Source: Leptogorgia sarmentosa (Eukaryota). From it: a stretch of 64,000 bases of DNA. A program made the position numbers and the translations under genes. The stretch covers positions 8,122,001 to 8,186,000 of the forward strand of contig OZ210884.1 in NCBI GenBank assembly GCA_964658305.1. The letters are read 5' to 3'. Shown here piece after piece: positions 1 to 13,100 of this stretch. Position 1 is the first letter of the stretch, and every line of letters starts with the position of its first letter. The notes under the pieces were generated by a model, which ran no database searches, was not told where the DNA came from, and saw nothing but the letters and a program-made list of their open reading frames with translations.

Positions 1-560
1 CAAGCGCTGGACAAAAACAACTTCCAAATTTATTTGTATTTTAGTTAATAAATGAATATAATTTCAAAGTTTTCTATCGCTTTGAAATCGACATATTTAC
101 AAAAACAGTTTTACTTGATAAATATACGCCAAAAAGCACGGAAAAAACAACAGTTACGGAATTAAAATAGTCGACGTTTCGTTTAAACTATAGCTAGTTT
201 TAAATTTCAGCAGTTTTCATCTGTATTTTTCTGCATTTGAAAGTACAACACAAATTTTACCGTTGTAAAATGTCAATAAACAGCAACAAGCGATCCAACT
301 CAGTCAAGCGATGAATATTACAGCGTTGAGTCCGGTTTTCCAGATTCAAAACAGCACAATAAACATTTACAACTAAACTTCTTGAATTTTATTCTTTTAA
401 TCGGTCGCAAAGACGTCTTTAACTGTTGAAAACTTCAATTCCGGCTTCGCTCTTTCAGCCATTTTGTTTACATTTCTGTACTAGCAGGATATGAGCTAAT
501 ATCCTGCTAGTAGAGAACCAATCAGATTGCAGAATAGCTCATATCCAGCGCTTGTGTATA
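1..560. repeat. Non-autonomous inverted-repeat element, left end cut by the window edge
   Basis: Window starts caagcgctgga and 544-554 reads tccagcgcttg (its reverse complement). Internal hairpin ctagcaggatat...atatcctgctag at 481-510. Confidence 0.5.
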
Positions 561-683
561 TAATAATAATTAATATTCTGTTGCATGTGTTTGTTCAGTT
601 TTTACACAGCAACATGCACGATGGTCAACTATGGTCACCACTTATGTAACTGATTAGACATCTATTATTTTAACCTGCTAATA

Positions 684-1296
684 CAGGGTGGCCCCTGCTA
701 TAAACTTCTGTGAATATATATTTTACGAATGGTACACGAAGTTGCAATTTTTTACCAAATAGATGCCCAGCGCGACAGCTTCTCAGTTCCAAAAAATTTT
801 GTCAAAAAAATGAGAAAGATGAGAGTTAAAAGATGAAATTTCTAGAGATATTCAAATAAGCGAGGACAAATATTTTTCTTATACTTATTTTTCCAAAATT
901 TGCTTAATTTCACATACTGCTCAAATCTAAATTGCTGAAATCCTGTTAAATTTTACACATTTGGATAAATGCAACATTTTTTCATCTTTTGAGACATGGT
1001 GCAATGCAAATATACCAAATTTAGTTATTTAGATTTCAAATCTTGAAAGCGATTTGACTAAACAAGATAAAATTACGCTAAATTACCCGAATTTTGGTCA
1101 AGTAAGAATTTCGGTCTTCGCACCTTAAATCTCTCTAGAAATTTTACCTTTCATTATTTTTTCCAGAAAATTTGCAACTGAGAACGTGTTATATATACTG
1201 GACTTTGCTGGGATAAAAAAATGGCGCGTTGCCGGTCATGTGTAAAATATATATTCTCAGACGATTAGCGGGGGGCATATTTTTTGTGACACGCCG
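684..1296. mobile_element. Tc1/mariner-type MITE (diverged)
   Basis: ta|cagggtg ... cacgccg|ta. Imperfect long sub-terminal inverted repeats (ctgtgaatatatattttac vs gtaaaatatatattctcag). Confidence 0.45.
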
Positions 1297-2629
1297 TAGA
1301 ATGTACAACGGCAGTATACCAGAAGCCAAATCAATGCATGGATAACTAATTCATAAAACAGCGATATATAGCATACGTCACATTCGATCTGGACTCCACT
1401 TGAATTGACAATATTATATGAACTTGCGCTTTTGGTGCCAACTGTAGGTCCAAAAAGTCATGTCGGAGTTCATCGAATGGCCAGAAAACGATCTTTAGAG
1501 ATTTATTGTAGAAACCATAATCGTTAAATATAAGTAATAAATGTATATTTAGAATCGCAGAAACACAGATGGTTCAATAATTCACTTCAAGCGTAAATTG
1601 TAATATACCTGTGTCCCGGATGTCGTTTATCTTGCGGGAAATTTCGCTTTGCAAACAGAAAAGATTTTTGCTTTTTAATTTTCCATTTTAAGATAAAGGT
1701 TTCAAACAACCTAATTGTTTTAGATTGAGCTTGTATGTCTACCGTATACTGTTAACCAGTGAAACTGATGATAGCCGATTTAATTCGCGCGAAAAGCATT
1801 TCATCGAATTTTAAAGTTTTCGTGATTGGTTTCCTAACAGGGCAATTATAAAAATTGCGTATTGCCCGTGGGCAATACGGGAAAATCAGATTGCGCCATT
1901 CGCCAAAAACAATTGCTTGCCATATAATAAGTATCACTTATTAATACTGAGACCGAGGGAAACATTGTGTTTTGTGGCCCCGAGACCGCCGTAGTATATA
2001 GTTTAGTGTCAAAATATAGTAGTCAAAACAGTAGCCGAAACAATATCCTGGCATCCTGCTCTGAACGACTAGCGAACCGAGCAGTGATAGCAGTCGACAT
2101 TTTTACTAAATTTCAAAACATCGTACGATTGAATGAACTTTGGCCTTCACGGTTGAGGCGCATGCGCATTGTGCCCATTTAATTGTTGCCCGGTCAATAA
2201 TTTTTTGATTTTTGACCCGTTGGCGAACATCGTGCGTTATGTGGACCGGCACGTGATACGGTTTTGTCCAATCAGCAAACAGGAAAATTGATCGACTTTG
2301 AGACCAACTATATAACATTATAATATAAGTTGGGTAAAATCTCCAACGTGATTGGCTAATGAGCGTGCATTATAACAGCGTAATGCACGCATCTAGCTAT
2401 TAAATTTCTCCCGCGACTCTTTGGTTTGATAAAAAGACAATAAAAATACATATATACTAAAAATACATCCATAAAAAACGCTTGAATTGTTTGCTTTCGC
2501 TCAGCTAAAGGAATAAAGCTGTGTTGCTGCTTGGCAACATTTGAGAACACGCTTGATTACATGTAAAGAGAATTGTAATTTTGATCTTCCTAACGAAGTT
2601 ATTTGTTGCGCTAATATTCTCTTATATTA

Positions 2630-2826
2630 TAAAAGAAATAGAAAAACTCGTCGCGTGCCATTATGCTGTTGAAATTGCACTCGGGCAATGTTGTGAGAAT
2701 ACTCGAGAATCGCGTAAAACACTCGGCTACGCCTCGTGTTTTACGCGATTCTCTCGTATTCTCCCAACATTTCCCTCGTGCATTATAACAGCATAATGGC
2801 ACGCGACTCGTTATCTATTTCTTAAA
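2630..2826. repeat. Fold-back (palindromic) element with an asymmetric ctcggctacgcctcg centre
   Basis: Arms aagaaatag..gtcgcgtgccattatgctgtt..gagaatcgcgtaaaacac and their reverse complement flank the core at 2722-2736. Related aaggaatagaaaacattttcc termini occur at 54451-54605 and near 41655. Confidence 0.75.
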
Positions 2827-4819
2827 TAGTCTTTATGTAGCTAGTTCTAATTCAAGACATACGAGAACGAGAACTGAAGCTCTTTGTATGTGAGCATGCT
2901 CACACAAAAAAACACCATATTGTATTAAAAAATGGAACCAAAACAGAACGTAGGAAAAAGTTCATAATCCATATACTGTATATATGAGTAAAGGGTAGAT
3001 ATTTTTCTGATATGCGGACAGTTCTTGAACTTTTGGTGAATATCTTTCTAAACAATCAGTTTTGGCCATGCAAGCTGAGTTGCATCGCGGCATACACTTG
3101 GATTGCCATGGGGATAATACGTTTAAGCAGCGGAAAACGAGGGCACATGGAGAGTTATCCAAACTTTTGCCATGCCACAAATAATTTCAGATAATTTTCT
3201 TTAAAAAAGCATTTAAAATACTTGTCACGCAACAGAGACGATTTAGTCCATTTAATATCGAAATAACAACACATACAATATCATATAAAGTATTATTGAC
3301 AGCTTTCGTTGAAAGAAGTTGAATTGGCACAACATCATCACTTCTCTCACATGACCCGGATCTTGGTAGCAAGGTAAAACTCCATAATGCTTAGGTTATC
3401 AGAATTCAATGTTGAGTGTGGTCCAATTTTCTTTAATAGCTTGCATTCAATCATTAATACTGAAGGCAATGACATATTTATGTTTGAAAGCCTTGTCTTG
3501 ACAATCGTATTTATACATATAGCTACGTATAATTGGGTGAGAACTCCTGAACTGGGTGAAGAATTTCTTAATCGAAATTCGAAAGTGATGTCCTTGAGTA
3601 GTACTATCGGATAATAGCATATACAGCGAGTTCGGTTAGGTTTCCTCCTTAAAATCAAGCTCAAAACACAATTCAAACTCAATAAGGATACTGTGGGGCA
3701 TTTGACTATTCGTACTCTTTATTTACAGAACTAGCAACTTTTAGGTTAGACAGTGACAGTTGCTCATAGCTGAAAAAACACAATGATAATTCACATTTTC
3801 AGCGACTCCACGCAGGTTGCTTCATGTTTACTTTACTTTCAGTGGGATTTAAACTAAAATGTCGGTCAAGCGGCATCGCAGGCTAATCTATTTTACTTCA
3901 CTGTTTATATGTAAAAACATGACTATCGAACTGGTTATTCTGGCTTCATTATCCAATTTTATCATGACATCATTGTATTTCCAATTTGGCAACATTAAAA
4001 GAAAATACTACGTTTATTTGAAGAATTCAAAAATATGTGTCTATGTGATCCAAAAGTATGATATTGGATTACATGGGATCCAACGCGATGTTCTTACAAT
4101 ATCAACTTCGCGATTCACTCGCTCATGAATGATAGCTATAACAAAGGATCAAATTTTACTGATTTTGATTCATTTCATGACAGTCTTCAATCTGCAGTTA
4201 TACAAAGAAGGAATGCATTATAGCTGTTGTATTGTGTGTTTTTTTAACTAAGTTAAAATTTAAGTAAATATTCCTCCAAAATCTATGGATATTTTCAGTT
4301 TACACGTTTTCAGTTTATATACGTTTAATATGGCTAAACTGTATAATTTATTTGGCTCCACAGTGTCAATGACATGTACAAATAATTAACAATTATAACT
4401 GGATGAGATTAAGAAGATTAAACAAAGTATTAACGTATGAAAAACTTTATTTATGAAAATATTGCCATTTGTTTGTGTTAAATAGATACAGATTGCTAAT
4501 CATCGCAGGCTTATTTTGCAGTTAACTCAGTTATCTAACAGCACCAAGACAACCGGATTTTCTGTAGGTTGCGTGATTGCGCGATTTAACTGTAAGCTCT
4601 TAGCTTAGCCAATAAAATTGCTTTTACCAACTACAATATACTAATCGCATTTATTTGCATGAGGGCAAGAGGCCTACTGTACGTAGCTATTCTAACGGGC
4701 CTAGAATATGATATCACCTCGGCTATAGACAGCGACACATCTCGGGGTAGGAAGAATCCAGTGCACAAGCTCGTGTTCGGTGAAGTTCAAAGGATCAGTA
4801 TTCATGAGAACTAGGAATG

Positions 4820-5270
4820 GTATAGTATACAAATGATGAATGTATATGAGTAGTGCAATGGTAAGAATATTTTCATGAGGTGAAAGATGGAATGTTTTAT
4901 TCAACGAGGCGAAGCCGAGTTGAATGGAACATTCCATCTTTCTTACCATTGCACGAATAAAAACATTCATTATTTTTTTATATAACACCAAAATAACAAA
5001 AGGTTTATTGCAAGCTGCCGCCATTTTGCTGTATTTTGACAACATAAATCGCATTTACCTGACGTCGAGAATCGGGGGTAAATAAACTGCGATCACCGAA
5101 AAGTGATTTGAAGGATGAGAGTTACTGAAAACACAGAGTGCAATATAGTGTTCGTACTATTGCACTCTTGGGAAATGGAACTTTCTATTCAATATCACGT
5201 GACCATAATTAACCAATCAAACGACCTGAATGTAATGAGGTATTTTATAACAAAATGTGTAGCACTATAC
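4820..5270. repeat. Dispersed element containing a hairpin centred on cgaggcgaagccgag
   Basis: aaagatggaatgttttattcaac-gaggcgaagccga-gttgaatggaacattccatcttt at about 4883-4939. Outer boundaries are approximate. Confidence 0.5.
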
Positions 5271-5340
5271 TCAATAAGCTGTACGGTCTCATCTCATTGT
5301 TTGATTTTATTAAAAAAAAGGGGAAACGCAATAATAAAGC

Positions 5341-5514
5341 CAGGGCCGTCGCTAGAACGTTAATTGGGGGGGGTGCATATTCATATTTTGGCGTTCTGCC
5401 GACTGATTTCTTTTGAAATCAGTTGTTTATGAAGTAATTTCTAAAGAAATCAGTCGGCAGAACGCCAAAATATGAATATGCACCCCCCCAATTAACGTTC
5501 TAGCGACGGCCCTG
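5341..5514. mobile_element. hAT-type palindromic MITE
   Basis: CAGGGCCGTCGCTAG...CTAGCGACGGCCCTG near-perfect fold-back with 8-bp TSD aataaagc (5333-5340 / 5515-5522). Second copy at 33347-33519. Confidence 0.85.
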
Positions 5515-7166
5515 AATAAAGCATTCATCTCCCACAAGGTAACGGGCCTCTCTGCTTCAGTTTATTAAACCAATATGTATTTGGTACTCTGCCACAGTTA
5601 TATAATTAAAGGCAAGATATTTGAGCTAGGTTGACTTCATTATAACGCATAATGCATAAGCAAAGAAGCGACGGTGCGTGATGAAGACAACCGACAAGAA
5701 GCAATTTCCCCGATATCAAAACCCACAAGAATTCAATTGCCAGGTGAAGGATCTTCTTGTAATCAAAGCTCTTTCCAGTTTGCACAATACCAAGTTTTCT
5801 TTGGCATGGCCTTTTTGGCAAATCTTTTGACAAATAAACTTCCTAAGACCTACTGCGAATATTATGTGATTTAATGTAAATTTAGAACAGTATATTATAT
5901 AATTCACAAAAAAATATCAAGCATTATTGCTTTTAATTGCGCTGAAACGCGATCATTATAAAGCTTTCACTTAATACGACAATCAAACAATACATAAAAG
6001 CAAATGAGAAACGGAAATCGGCATGACGTACAGAAATGGCTTCATTCTTAAGAGCCAATTTCGAGACTGAAAAAGATTTCTTTATCCATGTCAAGAATGT
6101 CACTTACCACAGCAAAAATATAATTGTACAAAACAAATAGCTAGAAGATTCTTCTGCATTCAAACGAACGTTTACAATTATTGTGATAACCTTCGTATAG
6201 CCCGGCCGTTTAGTAAAAGTGGTGCATATGAGTCAAATTTAAAAATTTTGAACACTTATAATATGTTTAAATTATAATATGCTTAATATACTTTGTTAAA
6301 TAAATATCTAGATTCTAATTATCTTGATAACCAATGTATATAAATTTTTCACACTTAGCTCGTGTTACCAGAAATTGCAAATATTTTTTTCTAATTACTT
6401 GTATATATTTATGATGTATTATGACTTTGAAATCAATCAACACTATGTGTCGCAAATCTGAAAATATATAACTGCACAAATGTTCCGAAAATAGCAATAT
6501 ATAACCGTTTGAAAGCGAGTGACTGTAAACCCAAATTAACATTCGCCTCGTTTATTTTTGCATTTGAAAAAGACCATGAAAAGGATTTCCGTACTAGCGA
6601 ATTATGTCGCTTTACAATCATGACCCTCGCGCTGAGATATAAGCGTTTCAATGTCAACTGGTTAACTTAATCATTCTACAAGTATATACAGTCAAAATGT
6701 TGAATTTCTTTGAATGTTCCGGAAAATATGCACTGTTTCAATGAGAATAGTGTGGCTTCAGAGTTCAGTGCACAACAATTTGAGATGTATAATTCGTATA
6801 GTTATTTTTTGTAATATTATGGAACGCACGTTCACAAGAATACACAAACTGAGTTCACATCTGCCGTGAAATAAAAGCAGCTGTAATTGTTAATATGGCT
6901 CAGCCGGTTCAGCCTCGCTGCTTTCGAGTTACTTACGTTATGTTTTCTGAAACTGAAAGGGAATATCATAGTATGGTTTAGCTTATACTGCAAGAAAGTG
7001 GCAGCGTTCACTTTTAATAGTATAACCATACACGTATGATAATGAGAGTATATTGATCGATACTGTATGAATAGAAAGCATATTAATTTACTAAAACAGT
7101 TAGACTACGTGTCGTCTGATTATTGAATAGGTTTTGTGTTAATAATTGTACCATTTCTTTAACTAG

Positions 7167-10100
7167 ATGCTGATGAAGCTAAACAGATTGCTTCTTCTGC
7201 TGATTATTTCTATACATTTTCTCCAAAAAGGACAATGTACGATTAAAATTTCTATATGAATATTATATGGGCATGAAAATTTTGATGTTTAAAATTTTGT
7301 GTAGGAATTAAAATAATTTATCGTTGTCTAAATATTTGATATCCGGAATTTGCAGCTCAAAATACCCTTGAATTTGATCGCAACTTCTATTATGGCCCTG
7401 AAGGTGGAGCTGCAGAAATTTGTTTAAATGTTACAAACTACACAAGTATAATCACTGGAATGTAAGTAAAAAGAATTATTTTTTCAAAAGCTGCTATTGC
7501 AAGATATACATGCAGGTTTTCAAAAAAGCAAACGATTGAATTGGGTCTTAGAATAATATTCAATCGTTACGTAATTGTAGATGTTTTGTGAACTGACCTG
7601 CAAGTTGCCCAATTAAAAGAACTGTCTGGAATACTCTAGATTTCGGGAACCTAATGGAATAAAATAGAACACGTAGACTTTGAAAGAAGAGTGATATATC
7701 GAGGGGGTACAGGTTGAAGCGACCATTTATGGTTTGATTCAAAATTATATGAACCTGTTTTTATTATAACACTTTAACACGTTTATTGTGTTCTAAGGAT
7801 ATCCGCGAGAAATGGAACTGCAACAGGCCTCGACTACAACAGTTTGGGACTACCACTTGATGTTACGATAAATTCTACAGGACCTGTGTGCTTTAATATC
7901 AGCTTACTAAATGACAGTGATTCTGAAGGATTCGAAACTTTTACTGTCTTCTTCACCACAAATAACCCCAGTGATGAAATACCTCGAAATAATGCTACCG
8001 TTACTATTACTGACGGTGACGATGGTAAGTAGTTCTCCTTTTAGCTACAATGTTAAGACGAAGATTTTCTGTAGTCACGTATCTCGCGCTCAAAAATCAA
8101 ATTCGTCGAAATATAAATTTCAAATGTTGAGGTTTCTCAGTCGACAGACTAACCTAAAAAGCTCGAGGGTTTCATAATTAATGATTTAAAACGTAAATAA
8201 AAAGATTGTGGAGGGTACGTCAAAGAGAAAGTTACGTTTGAAATTAAGGCTTCATTCATGTTGTGCTGGTTATACGAACATTGTTGTTCATAATTATTCA
8301 TTTTCTTTTTAGTTTCTCAATACCCAGAATAGTTTCGAGGATAGTAAACAGTGTTGTCGAGACAATAATCATAGATTAATTTGATTTTGAGAGGAACGCC
8401 AAAAAGATGTTGGATTTTGAACACATTTCGTCGAAAATACGCGAATACCAAGTTGTTCATTGTTGAAAAGTAACTGCCAGTCATATTTTAACATCCGAAT
8501 ATATAAAAATATATTGGCTCAACTTATGATAAACTGACGTGCATTGGCAAAATTGCTATAAAAGATGTTTTTTGATTTACAGCAATTATAGATAAACTAC
8601 ACTTAAAATTTCGTGGTCAGAAATACAACAATATTAAACGAGTTGTAGAATAGCGTGTTTTATGTTTCTCCTCTTTCAGTTTATATCAGTGATGCTTGGT
8701 GAATCACAATTTATTTTTAACGGTTAAACTCTTTATGGTTGTACGTGTAGATATTGATGAATGCGCTGATGAAGCTTACAACCGTACATGTAACAGTTCT
8801 GGCATATGCCATAACACAGATGGATCATTTCTATGTATTTATGGTGGTTTTGGTTGCCAAGGTAATAACAATACAATAATTCATTAAGATGTGCAACAGC
8901 GAAAAGTTTCTCCGGATCTGAATCGCATAATTATGTTTCACATGTGAATATTATACAATTGCAAATAGTATGTGGGCGCATGCATATGCATGTGATATTA
9001 CCACATGTGATTTAAATGTGAAGCTGGAACAATCATGCACATGTGGTATTGCCACATTTGAGCATTCTAGTTTCAAAATAAAAAAAACAGCTAAAACGAA
9101 CGAGCAAAAGACTTTGAAAACATTGTATAAATAAACTTTTTAAGGAAACTGAATCTTATGCCGTACCGTGACGATGAAGAACACTCCCCCAGTTAGTTTT
9201 ACTGTCCCGGAGAAACCAAATGACCTCGCAAATGCTGCGTTTAAATGAGAACAAAGAGAACAAAACAACAGCCAGGAAAATGTTTCAAACTTTATCATTA
9301 TTTATCACGACATTTACATTATATATTTCATTTTTTTTTTCTTTGAAGCATTTTTATTCTTTTGTTGGGGATCAACACATTACAAGGCCCAAACACGGGA
9401 GGGAAAAAAGAACTATATATATAATATCTAATTTTAATGCAAATAATATAAAATCGTTTATAAATCATAGTCGCTCATTTTACCCAAACAAACATTTCAG
9501 ATCTTGACGAATGCGCACGACCAGACAATCAAAGCTGTGATGGTAACGCTACATGTACAAATACTCTCCGATCGTTCAACTGCACTTGTAATCCTGGATA
9601 CAACGGAAATGGGACAGTCTGCGAAGGTTAGTTTGAAGAAATGCTGGTTATATGCTTTAACCAAACATACACTAAGGACTTCTTGAGCGTAAAAGTCATC
9701 ATCTGACATATTCATCAGGATCATACATAAGATAGATTAATAATAGATATCTATTGGTTGGCAAATTCACTCAACTAACAATTTTTCTATAGATATCGAT
9801 GAGTGCTCCATGAACCATTGTAGCAGGAATGCAACCTGTAATAACACTGCGGGCTCATTCCAGTGTACTTGTAATTCTGGTTACACAGGAAACGGAACTT
9901 TTTGTGAAGGTTAGTTAAATGAAAAATTGCTGCAGCATAATTTATATCTCATTGTGTGAATTTCGTACACTTCTGTGATATCATATAACTTCCATGATTC
10001 TACAGAATTTTTTAATTTCAAATATACAGTTACAAGAAGGTTTTTGAATGGTACTAACAATTATAATTACAAAGTTTCAACATTGGTTTGCCATTCATTT

Positions 10101-13100
10101 AACAAACAAATTTTACAGATATCGACGAGTGCTCCATGCTAAATTACAACAATTGCAGCAGCAATGCAACCTGTAACAACACGGGGGGCTCATTCCAGTG
10201 TACTTGTAATTCTGGTTACACAGGAAACGGAACATTTTGTGAAGGTCAGTTAAATGAGAAAATAAAGTTAAATTACGCAGCTACTTCTGAGGCATTCCAC
10301 AACATCGACGATGTTTCAAAATATTTCAATACTGTCCAAATTTCCGAGAAAACATCAGTTCTGCAAATTATGAAATAGGACACGGTACCAAGACACAGTT
10401 ATTATTACTGAGTTTTTAAATTAGTTTGCCATTCGTTTAACAAAAATTTTTTGATAGATATCGATGAGTGCTTGGTGCTCAATTACAACAATTGTAGCGG
10501 CAATGCAACCTGTAATAACACTGTGGGCTCATTCCAATGTACTTGTCATTCTGGTTACACAGGAAACGGAACATTTTGTGAAGGTTAGTCACAAGTAACA
10601 CAGTGCTACATAATTAATATCTCAATGTGTAAATTGTGTACTTCTGTGGCATCACACAACTTCCCTGATTCTACAAAAAAATTTTAATTTCCAATACATT
10701 CTCAAAAAAGTTCCCAGAAAACATCAGTCCCGCGGATTTTAAAATATGACACGAGACCAACACTTACCGACGTAAGTTTGCGATTCATTTAATTAATCTA
10801 ACAAATTTTTTACAGATGCTGATGAGTGTTCAATGCCAAGTTACAACAATTGTAGCAGCAATGCAACCTGTAATAACACTGTGGGCTCATTCCAATGTAC
10901 TTGTCATTCTGGTTACACAGGAAACGGAACATTTTGTGAAGGTCATTTTAATTTTTAAATAATTTGAAATAGCTATACACTGTAGAAAGTTCTTAGGAAA
11001 CAGTTCGTTCTGCGGATTTTCAAATAAGGACACGCAACATTGGTCAGTAAATTTCAATTCATTTAACGAAAAATGTTTCTACAGATATCGACGAGTGCTC
11101 AATGCTAAATTACAACAATTGCAGCAGCAATGCAACCTGTAACAACACGGGGGGCTCATTCCAGTGTACTTGTAATTCTGGTTACACAGGAAACGGAACA
11201 TTTTGTGAAGGTCAGTTAAATGAGAAAATAACGTAAATTACGCAGCTACTTCTGAGGCATTCCACAACATCGATGATGTTTCAAAATATTTCAATACTGT
11301 CCAAATTGCCGAAAAAACGTCAGTTCTGCAGATTCTCAAATACGACACGTTACCGGGACGCAGTTATTTTTACTCAGTTTTAACCTTTCTCACGATTCAT
11401 TTAATCTAACATTTTCTACAGATATCGACGAGTGCTCGATGCTGAGCTACAACAATTGCAGCAGCAACGCAAAGTGTAGCAATGCTGCGGGCTCATTCCA
11501 GTGTAGTTGTCATTCTGGTTACACAGGAAACGGAACATTTTGTGAAGGTCAGTTGAATGAAAAATTGCTGCAAATAATTTATCTCTCACTGTGTAAATTA
11601 TGTACCTCTCATCTCTATGGCATCACACAACTTTCATGAATGAATTTTGATTTTGAAGTGATTTTAGATAAGTGACAAAGATCCACCAGGGCAAAGACAA
11701 TCGATTAAACTTAAGAAGAATTAGCACAATCTGCTTCCACAGGATATTGTGACTTATTTTTTATTTTTTTAGACATGAATGAATGTATTTACAACGCTAC
11801 TTGTTCTCCCCAGGCCATATGTGATAATGCAATTGGAACATATCACTGTACTTGTAAAGATGGCTATGTTGGAGATGGGGTACAATGTGGTTAGTATTTG
11901 AAATTGTGTGCATTGTCACTTATTTGTTGCCTTGATTTCTACTGTTCTGACTACCTTTCAAATGTTTTAAAGGAACTTTTTTGTTGCTTGCAAAAGTTAA
12001 CCAATCAGAAACGCGTATTTTGGAGTTAACTAGCTACCATTGGATGGTGGGTGGTGGTGGTGGGGAGGGGGGATTTTCATACTCGTTTTAACAAATTGTG
12101 CATGTTAACGCAGTCATCTTCAAAAGAGATTAATTACGCTGAACATGAATACATGAATATCACCCCTCCACCAATTTTCGACCTGCTGGCGCCACTACAT
12201 GATCACATGAATCAATGATGAATCAATGAACGTTTCTGTGGGGGTTTTCTATAGAGGATGTCAATGAATGTACAGTCCAAGGTACGACACGAAAATGCAT
12301 CGGAGAAGATAAACGTTGTAGAAATTATCCAGGAACATATCGCTGTAATTGTATTAGTCCCGGGCAACAGCTTGATGGAAGTGAGTCAACGTGCATTGGT
12401 ATGTATATAGGAACATTTACTTTAATTATTTGTTTTTTTCCCAATTTTTTTTCCCTTCTGTTAAAATCACATTGTTTAAAATGATTATTTAAATCGATTG
12501 TATTGTATTTTGTGCCAAAAATAGAAATTGATAAAGTTTCCTAAACTTTATACGGTCCAGATCTTTAAATTAATTTTTATATAAAATTCCGGATTATTAA
12601 AGCAGATTCGGTTGCTTTCTTGGTTTCTTTCTTAACCAATCAAAATTGAGTAAATAATAAACTGAACAATTTATAATATTGTTTATTTCTGTCTCTACAA
12701 AACAAGATACCTGGTTCTCTCTAGGAAATGGCTAATTATTCTTCATTCCCCTCGCATTTATTCGCTCATTCCTGGACACGAATTTAATCTCAAAATCCTT
12801 TGTCAAAAGAGTGAAAAGACTATAACATTCTATCATAATTTAACAAAATACTATAGCCTGAACCAACTTATCGAGTGTAATCTGAATTATTTTCCATAGG
12901 GGTTGCTGCCTCTGTCCTTGGTGAAATTCAAATTGTCAACCTTCCATACGTGCCTGCTTATAACGACACAGAAAGTCGAGAATATCTTGACACTGTTGAA
13001 ACAATAGAAACTGAGGTATCAAGTGTTTATTAAAATTATGAGAAAATGACTGAAAAAATCTTTCATTTTCAGAATAATTAGCTTTGTGCACGTTTCATTA

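Noticed and set aside
2581..2802. Mirror-image ORFs on both strands
   Set aside because: Artefact of the palindromic repeat.
2960..3700. Cluster of short overlapping ORFs
   Set aside because: No recognisable motif or consistent exon chain. It could be a decayed coding or TE fragment but cannot be supported without a search.
5674..5874. 66-aa ORF with a mildly hydrophobic C-terminal part (possible last exon)
   Set aside because: No convincing acceptor, upstream exons or family motif.
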